Source of the DNA: Callorhinchus milii
Lineage: Eukaryota
Assembly (NCBI RefSeq): GCF_018977255.1
Contig: NW_024704743.1
Location: 78,494,001-78,558,000 of the forward strand
Length of the DNA stretch: 64,000 nucleotides
Direction: 5' to 3'
The notes under the pieces are model-generated. The model did not search any database and had not been told where the DNA came from. It saw only the letters and a list, made by a program, of their open reading frames with translations. Made by a program: the position numbers and the translations under genes. This document shows, piece by piece, positions 24,038-36,500 of the stretch. Position 1 is the stretch's first letter. Every line of letters begins with the position of its first letter.

Positions 24038-24429
24038 TGCTCATTATAGCTTTTTCATCTCTGAATACTAGCAATGTTTGTCTAGTTTTAACTGGACACA
24101 CTGCATCAAGCTTTTACACTTAGCATTTCTGAAAACAGAAACAATTGTATACAGCTAGAATGCTGTTCACTTTACAAAAAGGATATAGTTTTAGTAGTCA
24201 CAAACTTAATGTGATTTTATGTTTCCAATACAAAATAACATTAGTTAATGAATAAGGGATTCTGATTCATTATAGCTTTCATTTAAATTAACCTTCACAG
24301 CAACCTTACCATATTCTTTGCATTTACACATAATAGTTGCTGGAATTTTTATTTAGTCATGATTTAAGATATTTGGCCAATCCTACAATTTCTGTAATGA
24401 CAAAGTGATAATAAATGCAGTTTCAATGT

Positions 24430-24543
24430 CTATGCTTTTCCTTTCTTCATTTTTGAAATTTTCTCTTTTCTTTTCTTAACGTGTTTAGGCACCTTGTTTT
24501 TTCGTTTCTCTCGCTGAGCTTCTTTAACTAACTTTTTTCTTTC
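24430..24543 (-). CDS. RIOK1: RIOK1 exon 17, coding part ([37 protein letters not shown])
   Basis: TAG acceptor; TAG stop at 24432-24430. Confidence 0.96.
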   Translation of the reverse strand, partial: ERKKLVKEAQREKRKNKVPKHVKKRKEKISKMKKGKA

Positions 24544-27500
24544 CTAGAAATAAAAATACAAATACTGTTCAGACATATATAGTCAGTAAACAGATCCATT
24601 AATAATGTCACTTCTTACATCAGTCTATTCACACACTTTGAACATCAATTGCATTGACTATTTATTGCACTTATATAGCCAGCAGCATATTAAAAGCAAT
24701 TTGCTAATTACATGAACAGATGTAACAGAACAACCCCATTTTACTCTCATCTGGGTTCAATATCGGACATCGGTGTTTCCTGTGCTAAGATATAATTCAG
24801 TCTCTGAGATACTTGAATCCAGGCGACCGCATTATAACAAGTTTGCCATGAAATACTTTTTTGAATTGTTAGCAAATTGTTAGCTGTGCTCTGCAATTGA
24901 TACAACCAATACAATTGATGTTCGTAGTTCAGCCCAGGAAGCTGGCTAGTCATAGCCAGAAGCCAGGTGTACTGCTTTTCCTGTAGCATAGGTCTACAAG
25001 CACCTGGTTACATTCTAAGGGGGATGTCCTGTATATAGAAGCAATAAATATCAAGGGAACACGACCTGGAATTACCATAGAAAAATTAGGGAATTATTAA
25101 GAATTTTCATTATTCACTTGGCAATTTAAAATACATATAGAGATGATCCTAAAATGGACATTTATTCAATTACTGAAATGAATGAAGTAAAGATCAATAT
25201 TTGAGTGATTAAAGAGAAGGGGCTACTTGTTCCTTTTGGGATGGATCTCAACTGTGAGGTTTCCCGCAACAGAAAGAGTCAATTGATTCAAGTCTAAAGC
25301 TGGACTACAACAACAACTTGCACTTATATAGCACCTTCCACACAGTGTAGCGTCTCAGAGCACTAGACAGGGGTGCACACCTTACTGCCGACCAGCTGAC
25401 CCCAGTGACAGGTTTGTCCCTCCAAGTCCTGCCAATGAGCCAGGCTGGCTATAATGTCAACAGTTATGCCGTGGAGAACTGGACACCCACAGGATCACGA
25501 GCTGGGAGTACTGAGACTCCCACTGAGGACTGATTAGATTCTGACAACCCATTGCCAAGCATATCATTTGGGAGCTTGTTCAGCCCTGCTTACCTCCCCA
25601 CCCAAGGAGGATATTTATTGAATTCCTTCATGAAAGCTAATATGGATTCTACCGTTTAGAGAAGCTTACTGTAGATGCCAATCATCCAATGTTCCTTCAG
25701 CTGAGATCTTCTTACTGGAATTTCTGGCTACGTGTATTGTTTGACTCCTCTGAGCTGCAGACAGCAAATGAGCTATTTTCTGTTCGCGGGATTCAAACAA
25801 TCTGACTAAGTCAATATTGCTGGCCACTACGAAGGCCAGCAAGCATGGTGAGGCTGCTCAGCGTGGCATTGGCACGCTCCAGGAGAGTTGGCTGATGAGA
25901 GTTTACACATGACAGAAATATTTGGTCTGCAAGATTTGTTTATTTTTGGCTCGGTTTGAATTCCGGATACCCAGGAGCTTACGGTACTCATACTTAGGTA
26001 CAATAAGTGATGAGTAAAATCTTTCAAATTAAGACCATTTTCTTTGTTGCTAATATTAAGATAAAGTTTCCTCCCACCATCGTTGGTTTCAAAAGGAATC
26101 TTGACAGACGGGGCAAACTGACCTTTTTCTCAGGGTCATTTTCCTGCTCGTGATCTTTAGGGTGAATCCTTTCCCCATCCTCTTCAGAACCAGATTCCAC
26201 TTCAGAGCTCTCATCCTCTGCAGATGTAGATGTTTCTTCATGTTCAGCATTCTCAAGTAGAGCAGGAACCTTATATGGATAAATAACAATGGATTAAACA
26301 CATTATGGCTAATGAGATAAGACAAACCATCAAAAATGGACTAAAATGTAGGTACTGAATTACTGAGAGATTTGTTAGTTTGGGAACCAAATTGTGCAAC
26401 AATTTTTCATTTGCTCCCTTAAATTAGTATTTTCTTTGGCCAAATTAAGTTATTCAGCTAAAGCAAAAAGTTTTACTGGAAACACACTCTTGACACCTGA
26501 AGTGAAAAGAAATCTCACCTTCTGGACACCAGACAAGTCTTTCTTCATTCCAGTCACAGTCTGATAAAGAATCTAAACAAACCACACACAGAAAATGCAA
26601 TTAAAGTGTTATTATTTAAGTTTTCTTCTCACCTGTTTCTCCACTCCTGAAGATGGTGACTGAGTAAACCACAACTATACTTCTCAAATTGTGGATGTAC
26701 TAGACATTAGTTAAAGACACCCATACTAAGTTCTTAGTTTAGGAAATTTCTGTGCATCTTGTACAAATAAAATGATGCTACAGTGGGGAAAGGAGAGGAT
26801 ATACAGGATAGAACAGTGACAAGACTGATGAGAGGTGCCCACCTCATTACGCCGCAAAATATCCTATATAGATAGTACGATCCTATATAAATTGAGTTTC
26901 AGCAGTTTTAAATCAGTTTCTATTAGCCACAAAATTGCACTTAATATTGAAGGAACCATTTTTGGAGAGTATGCATTGGTATTTGGTTTGGGAAATAGAA
27001 GATTGCATAATGGATGTTCTTCTGTGTTAGGAGCAAGATCAATTAAACAAATCACCTTTCAACAACAAGAGACAAAAACTTGTGACTGTTTTACCCAGAC
27101 ATTTTTCTTTAACAACCGTTAACCATAGATACAATATTTTCACACAAAAAGATGTGTACTAAATCCGATCACTTATATCATTATTTACATTGTCATGCTG
27201 TACATTCATGATCATATCCTCTTCCTTGAGCTGCATCATTGTTTCCACATCTCGTTCATAGTCTGTTACTTCATTCAGTGTCCTGGGAATATAGGCTTTT
27301 TTGAAAACCTATTGTAGAAAAAAATATTTAGGGTCAATCCTCTTCACTGGATACAATGGAAAATGATAAGGGTAGTTTAATGAGACAATGTTCTTATTCA
27401 TTTGTATTTTCCAGCCAAGGCAAGCAGAATCCGTTTGTTGGGAAGAGGGGGAGGAGAGCATAGAATTAACTTACAAGTAGTTATAATTCTCTTTTCCAAC

Positions 27501-30500
27501 GGGAACAGAAGTAAAGTTCTGTGTTATACAGGCCAACCTGGATCCAAACACATGCAGATTGCTGCTTTCCAGCACTCCAATTACTAATGGACTTTTTAAA
27601 TGAATTAGAAAAGGGGTTTCTGAATAGAGGCATAGAGTACAAAAGCAATGAAGTTCTGCTACCCTTTATAAGTCACTGGTTAGGCCTCTGCTGGAGTATT
27701 GTGTCATTTCTGGGCACCACACTTTAGGAAGGATAGCAAGGCCTTGGAGGGATGCAGAGAAGATTTACCAGAATGGTACCAGGGATGAGGGACTTTCGTT
27801 ATGTGGAGAGACTAGAGAAGCTGGGATTGTTCTCCTTAGAGCAGAGAAGGTTAAGGGGAGATTTAATAGAGGTGTTCAAAATTATGAGGGATTTTGATAA
27901 GATAGGGAAAGAATGTTTCCACTGGCAGGTGGGTCAGTAACCAGGGCACATAGATTCAAGATAATTGGCAAAAGAACTAGAGGGGAGATGAGAATTTTTT
28001 TTATTATTACACAGGAAGTTGTTATGGTCCGGAATGCATTGCCTGAAAGGCTAGTGGAAACAGATTCAATAATAACTTTCAAAAGTGAATTCAATAGATA
28101 ATTGAAAAGGTAACATTTGCAAGGATATGGAGAAAGAGCCAGGGGAGTGGGACTGATTGGGTAGCTTTTCTAAAGAGCCGGCACAGGCAAGGTAGGCAGA
28201 ATGGTCTCTTCTGTGCTGTAATATTCTATGATTCCAGGTGACATTTAACACTGTAAAAATACAGTTTAACTTCAATGGTAAGGGTTCAGACCGGCCATCA
28301 GAACGTGCAGTCCTGTAGCTCAGTGGTTAGAGCACTCGCTTTGCAAGCGAGAGACCTGAGTTCAATTCCAGGCAGAGGGCGAAACCTTGGGCAAGTTTCC
28401 TTACTCCACACAGAGCCTAATAATAATCCCTCCAAAACAAAACAATAATAAAAATTGGTCATTTTCAATCTACTGTTTGTGGGACATTGCTGTGCGCAAT
28501 TGGCTGCCGCGTTCGCCCACAAATATACAGTCAATTCACTTTACAGTGTGTTCTGTGAAGCGCTTTGGGACGTCCTCCCGACGTGAAAAGTGCTATATCA
28601 AAATGCAAGGATTATTATTATTATTATATTATCATAATATTGCCAATATGCACCCATAATAGTGTGAAACCACCTCATTCAGGTGGTCATCTGTCCATTT
28701 TATTCTGTACATGTTGTATTGGGTCACTGCCTAATGCAAACCCATCAACAGCACAATAAATAGTTTAAGATAGGGAAGAAAGTCAAACAAAAGATTCACC
28801 TCTTCATCTACTTTGTCCTGATTGGATCGCTCTTCCTCTGTTCTCTCTGCACCTATTTCCATTGCCTAGAAACACAACCATAATAATAGTCATTAACTAG
28901 GGGGTTTAAGGCGTAGAAAAATATTTAGCAATAACAAACTAGGTGTACAAAGTCCTACCTTCTCAAGATAAGCATCTAGATTATCTTCCGTAATTGAAGG
29001 ATCTATAATAAACTCAAAGAGCTCTCGTACTGTCATCACAGCAACATCATGTTTACGGAAAAATTCTGTGAACGTATCGAGAGATAAAATAATGAACATC
29101 ATTTCCACCTAGATTTATGGGAATGCACTTCTTGTTGATCTCCCTTGCTCCACAATTCATAGCTCCAACTCACCCAAAACTCCAACGCCCACATTCTCAC
29201 CTGCACCAAACTCTATCCCCCACCTGATCGCTTTCAAGGTCCTTGTCTTCAGACAAATGACTCCACTCAGGCACATCCTTTATCTCTGTGATCTTCTCCT
29301 ATCCTAATTCTCTGCTTGGCCCTTCCACTTTGATTGACTAGAGCTCACTGCGTGTGCCCACCCTTACTGCACCACCATCAGTGGCCGAACTCTGGAATCC
29401 CTTCCTCCTATTTGGTCACTCTCTAACCATGCAAGCCCCACCTGAAAACCTTCCTCTTTGAACCATCCAGTCCACTTCTCCCAGAATCATTGGTTAAACA
29501 GATAAAATCTAAATCAAACCAGAAACAACTGATAGTTTTCCCCTCACCATTAATGTTCAGACAATCCTTTCGAAGAAACTCCAAGGCATGTGGGTGATCG
29601 TGCTCCACTGACTGTGATACATCAATGATGTATATTCCCCCATTGTGGTACCTTTGGGATTAAGAATTAAAAATGTGCCAATTACCTGCTTTCACAAACT
29701 TTTAATCTCCAATTACTTTTAATCATAGTCAGACAAGGATAGTTAAACAGTTATATTTCCTCTCATTATCAAAGTGAAAGTCGACTATCTTATTTATCAA
29801 ATGAGTCACATACTTGTAAAAAAAAGTCATTCAGTGAAAGTATTACAATAATTTTTCCCTTTGATATAAATTATAAACACTCGACATTACTTCCAAAATT
29901 CAAAATATTTTTGCAAATAGTCCACTGTATTTTTAACGACATTTGTGGTGCAACTGTCAAAAAGCACATTTGAACCCACAAATTGCATCACTTTTGACTG
30001 AATCATGAGTAACAAATGCTTAAATAACAATATCAGATTATATAAGTATTATTTCCATGAGGATTTATAACCATAAATTGTTTACAAAAAGATTACAAAA
30101 GCTATTGGAATAATGCCTTCAGTAAAAAATATTGTGTGCTGATTATCACTTCCTCAATCTAAGTTGACATTTGTACCTACAAACTTTCAAATACATATCT
30201 AATCATTAAATAATAAACCAAAGAACAAGGCATTCCAAGCAAATATCGAACAGTAACTTACAGAATGTTAAATTCACTGAGATCAGCATGAACCAGTCTG
30301 GCATCCTTATACATTCTCCGCATGTACTGAATGACGAGCAAATAGAGCTCACGGACCTTAGATTCAGTAAGATGGGCATTTTTCAACAATGGTGCTGGCC
30401 TGCAAAGTAAAACGATTAAATACGGAATACTGTTTCTGTGTACAGGATGATTACAGTGATAAGATGTAAAAAGGTACATTGGCATGAACAATTACTGAAA

Positions 30501-33500
30501 CTTATGCAAGAAAGTTTGGAGCAGGATTACTGAAAGCATGTAAGCAAGCTACAACATGAAATATTTAAGGTGAAAATCTTGATGTACAAATAGCAAGTAA
30601 GTAGATAAGTAAATAGCACAGTTCACATAGTTCATTTCTGGTCTTGCCACCGAACGTTTAGAACAAATACATACACATATTTTAAAGAGAAACATAGTTA
30701 GCTATTTACTATCAATAGAGGACATCAACCAATGCCCGCTATTGATAATAAATAGATTTATTTTATAAACAGTGTTTTACCTGTTTCTAAAAGACTGTCA
30801 CACACAACACACATAGGTCATTTGATGCACAAATCACTGATTTGAGCTTATTGCCAATTCAAAAATTCTTAAATTATCTTCAATTAGAATTAAATTTAAA
30901 AGATTAAGAAAGTACATAGATTATACATAAATCAGTGAACATCAAAAAGAGATTAAATAGATTTATAGTTTTCTAAAAGAGAAAATCATGATATTTAGAG
31001 GAAAGGGAAATTCTAGGAGAGTACTTTAGAGTAACCCTCTTCATGCATACTAAAAAACAAAAAAAATTGTACATTAATGAACACCTTAACTTAGGGTTTC
31101 ACATTCCTTACTAGATGTCTATATAAAGGGACACATTGAACTCAGTGGGATACGCACAACTTGAGTCCATAATTATGCTACCAAATCAGAATGATGTACT
31201 GAAGTATATTTATCTCTTATATTCTTCAACTCCTCTAAAATACTGTGCGAGGGAAATGCTTCTAACAAATGCTTCTTCTAACCCTCTTAAGGATTCTTTT
31301 TTCTGTCTCATCCGAAACTTTGAATTGAACAATTTAATAGTTTTAGATAAAAAATACTCACATATCATCTTTACCAATAAAACCCATAACAAGAACATGA
31401 CTCCTAAGCATGATTGGTTCTGGACATGGGATTTCTGCTGTTTGTAACCTGCATTTAAAAAAAACATTAAAAAAAACATTAAATCCTCACTATAACAAAG
31501 GTATGAGAAATAATAATAATAATCCTTCCATTTGATACAGTGCCTTATCACATCATTGGGATATCTCAAAGTGCTTCACAGAATATACTATAAAGTGATT
31601 CTTTATATATACTATACTATATATTCTTTACATATACTATATTTATATGGTATATATACTCTAATATATATCATAGTAACATATATAGTAATATATATAG
31701 TATTATTATATATACTTTATACATACTATAATATACTATAAAGTGACTGTTAATTCTTGTTGAGGAATTCCATCAAGAAATATAGTCAATCAGACCCCCA
31801 CCCCTCCAAACTTTTTTTTGGTACCTGATCAAATTTCGCATCTCTTTCTCTGCCCACGTTCTGACCATTTTTCTTGGATTGCCTTTACAATATCCACGAC
31901 GAAATCTGCAAAACAGTTATTATTAGTTTTCTTCAACAAAATCAGCAATTTTTTTTAAAAAAAGGATCTAACAAATCCCATTGTTGTAACTAAAACATGA
32001 TTTACATTTTAAAAGATTTCCACATCATTCATCACTTAAAACTATCCAGTGACAGTCTAATTTATTTTCACAAATAAAATGCCAGAGACCTTATTATTAT
32101 TCATATTATTAGTAGTATTAATGCTTTTAATATATGTACACTTATACATGACTGAATACTCTGTTTCCTGTTTCAATCACGTTAAGAAAATATACAAATT
32201 TAAAACAAAACACTTGCAAAACTCTCACCTAAATTCACCACTGACATATTTATCACGATCTTTGAACATTAAGATAGAGGTTTTATAAATCTTTATTGCT
32301 CTGCTCTCTCCACGACTTGTCGTTGCATGATATACATTTGCCTATTAGAAAAATAAACAACATTTTACAAGGCTTGAAGAAACAGAAGAACAAGGGTTAA
32401 ATGGGCTTAAAAGGTTATAATGAAGAACCCTATTCTTTTAAGTAAACATTCATTGGGAATATTTTGGTAACATTTACAAGGAAGGTAAAGGAAAAGAAAC
32501 ATATTTTCAGCATTATGTCAAATTCAATAGTATCCTACTATATGCATTTTCCCTTGTTAAATGGCAAGACCTTTTTTGATTATTTTCATAAAACAATCAA
32601 AATTTAAAATATAGGAGGAAGAGCACTATTTGTCATTATTGCAAGTGACTAGAATTTTACCTAATCTAATCCAAGTTAGCAATCTAGATATATGGCATAC
32701 ATCTGTGGTGCATATTTACAGAGACCTGGGTTCGATTCCTGGCAGGGTGAAACCTTGGGCAAATACTCCACATGCCTAATAATAATCCCTCAAGAAAAAA
32801 AGAATAATAAATTGGTCGCTTCAATCCACGACTGTTTGTGGGACACTGTTGTGCGCAATTGGCTGCCGCATTTCACCCACAAATATATAGTCAATTCACT
32901 TTACAGTCTATTTTGTGAAGCGCTTTGAGACGTCTAGAAGACGTAAAAAGCGCTATATCAAATGCAAGGATTATTAAACGTAGTGGTACTCGCCACTCTT
33001 ACACAAATTAGACCAAAATTCTCACCGACCTCTTTTCCTGTGCTGATACATCCATTGATTTCCGAGACCACGCCTCTGCTTAGCATTTTAAACAGAATCA
33101 TTCGAGTTCTTGGATCTAATACCTAAGAATTAATAGTAAAACTTCAGCTTTGTAGTACAGCATTGCTTACATCTTTATATATTGCAGAGGGCACGCCAAG
33201 GGTGGACTGATCAAGACAAGTTAACATTTTCCTTTATCAATCTCTTCCTGATTAAAAGCAGCATTACAATTTAATAAGCAAAATGTGCCATCATGTTTCT
33301 GTAGGCAAATCCATCAACATCATCATCAACAACAACAACTTGCATTTATATAGCACCCTTCAGGCAAGGTACAGTTTCGCTGCACTTAGTAAGCAGCTCT
33401 GATTACCTGCTCCACAGTAGCTCGGTCAGACTTATCCTTAACTCGATACCTAAAAATAATGCAGAAACATACAATTTTATGAAGGGCTTTAAACCAGTCC

Positions 33501-36500
33501 AAATATATTGTATCCTGCAATCATAACCAACCTCCCAAGTATAATAAAACTATAAGGCACAAGCACATTTTGATTTAGATTTGACACATTTTTATCAACC
33601 AATTTTAAATTTGCTTTGTTGCAGGTTTTACTTACATTTCTGCATGCTTCTGTCTTGACTTTTCAGTTACTCTGCTTATCACAGAATCAGCAAAATGTAG
33701 CTTATCTGAGAACATAAATCAAAAAGAAAGTTAAATAATCACAAAGTAATCTTTATATTTGACAACTGTATTCATTATAATTAGGATCTGTAATTTTTGA
33801 CAGTGGTACCATAGTTCTATAACCCCCCGTTCTTCCCCTGGTCCCCCACCAAATAAATCATGTACCATTCGCCAGCTGAATAGCTGGGAAAGTAACCTGC
33901 TCCTAGAGTCTGACAGTATTAACTGTAATTGGCCTTGTGCTCTTTCAGATCAACTTTGTTCTCGTCCACTATTTCTTGAGTTGGGTACCACCGCATGTTC
34001 TGATAGCTCCATTCTTGACAAGTAATGTCTACACAATGAACACTGGTGGAATATTCAACTCTGGGAGACATCACTGACAAGGCCAATGTTGTCCTCCACA
34101 AAAAACACTTTGCAAATATTCCTACTTCCTGTATAAGTTTGGCTATTGTTGAAACAATAATTTAACATTGTAAATTTTGTTTTCATTGGAAAATCCAAAT
34201 TAGATTGAGTTTTATTGGAGGATCTCAACAACAAAGCATGCATTTGAAAACTTCAAGTCATTGATTTGGAACATTAAGTGAACATATCAGAATAGTGAAG
34301 GTTTAAATAAAATCTATAAAATAACCATTTAGATAGAATGCGAATGTTGAAGCAGCAATAATTTAAATTAGTAATATGCAGCCTACATGCAATGTTTCCA
34401 TTTTGTTAAAGTGTACATGCCATTTATTTTAATATTCTGATGATGCTGCTTAATCATGAGAGTTTCATAATAAACTTACCAAGATTAATTTTATGTTGAA
34501 ACTTTCCAAGAGCTTTGTCATTTGGAGTGGACATCTTTGTTGGATTGGAAGGATTCTGTCTGTTTGCCTAAAGTGACAAAAATAGCAGAATAGATTTCAG
34601 TTGTGATGTTAGGTTGCCAATAAAATGAAACAACGTGGAAATAGGCTATTTGGCCCAATTGTCAGTGTCGGTGTTTATACTCCATGCAACCCTCCATCCC
34701 TCCTATACCAGGAAGCTAAAATACAGGAACGTATATACCATATTGTACCTAGATCAAATGTCTGTCAAATAAAAGCTGAAATTGTGCATTTACACAAAAG
34801 GGGCACTCGGAAAAAAAATGCATAAATTATTTAGGTTTGTGAAACAGTCCATCTTACACTGCAATTTTACTTCACTACTTGAGGTTGGGTATAAGACAGT
34901 ACCTTTAGTTTAACCTCTAAGATTATAATGTTTAATGTGGCAAGTGAGAACAGAATCATCTGATTTCAGTATACGCGTGACCAGTATAGTTTCATCTAGG
35001 CATTTTTTTGCCCAGTATTCCTTCAGTTTTCTACGGTAAACAAGATAATAATTTAATGCAATACAAACTGAAGCCAGAATGATTTGCATTACCTGCTGGT
35101 TGTTTCTCCTGACAGCAGCGTAGCGTTTGGTAAGGTCTCCACTGCACTGATCCCAGTCCCAGGCTTCATCTTCATCACTTTCAATATCTGCTTCCTCATC
35201 ATCTGGATAATTCAGCTGCAGATTTTTTATTTCTTTCTCCGTCGTTCTCACTGCCTCAGTTTGTTCAGGACAGCTACTGTGATTAAAAACAAAAAAAATT
35301 AAACTAATGACAGAACTGTATTATGTTTCAGTGATCAAACAAATTGTGACTTTATTGAATAAAGTTTATTTTTCAAAAAAATTACAGAACCAACACTAAC
35401 AATTCCAAGTATTAACATAACATTATAGCAAAAAACAACTGGAGTCTGCAGCGAGAGGGAGGAGGGGGCAGCTCCTTAAAGTTGCTCCTGGCTATACAAA
35501 GCTTATTAATCACCTGTTTTGCTATTCGGGGCTTATTATTTCATTGCCTTCTAATCACTGGACATTAATGCAAGACAAGTAGATCAAATGAGCAAAACTC
35601 AAACATTAAGGGGTGAAGGAAGGTCAGGAAAATTAAAACTTCCAAATTTAATGTTGAATAGTAACAACATGCTCCACAACTATGACATGGATGCTCACTG
35701 TTTTCTCAGTGAATAGGGTTTGATGTTATTCAGACAGTAAGGGGAAAACAGAAGTTCAAAGGTACTTCCCGGTGATTAATACAGAGCAGACAGAAGCAGC
35801 ATGGTAACCTGCTGCCTTCTCGGCATCTCAGAGGTGAAATGACCTGTGATGCACTTTGAGACATAATGTAATGTACATTATATATACTGTATATATATAT
35901 TAAAAATAAGGTATATATACACTATATATACACACAATGGATGAATTATTATTATGTCCATGATGTCCTATTTATCTATAAAAACAGGAAACATTTATGA
36001 AGTGCTTTAGATACCCTCAACTTAAGGGTTATAAGCTTGTAAGTTTTCTTTTACTACAGAATTAACAAGTAGACAGACACAGACAGACAGACTGACACAG
36101 ACAGACACGCAGAGACAGAGACACAGACACACATTGAGACACACAGACAGACAGAGAGACACCCAGACAGACAGGCAGGTACAGACACGGGCACAGACAC
36201 ACAAAGTCACATAGACAGACACCCAGACAGACATAGACAGAGACACACATAGAGACACACAAAGTCACATAGACACAGACAGACAGACTGACACAGACAG
36301 ACAGACAGACAGACACACAGATACACAGACAGAATTGTGTAAATGTTGGTCACAAGGGAGAAGCTGAATAAGTAAAATGATTCTCCAAACATTTGCCTTT
36401 TGCCTGAGCTCTGGCACGTCTGTGACACGAGATACGACGATTCAGTCACCAAAGGAGCTCTGTATTCTCTCTCTCCCTGTCTATATATATATATATACAC

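Noticed and set aside
28309..28380. tRNA-Ala gene
   Set aside because: It is the head of a multi-copy SINE and continues into the Deu-like core and L2-like tail. I see no proper acceptor stem or poly-T terminator.
31605..31745. TA-rich low-complexity ORF (YIYYTIY...)
   Set aside because: Slippage expansion inside a SINE tail remnant.
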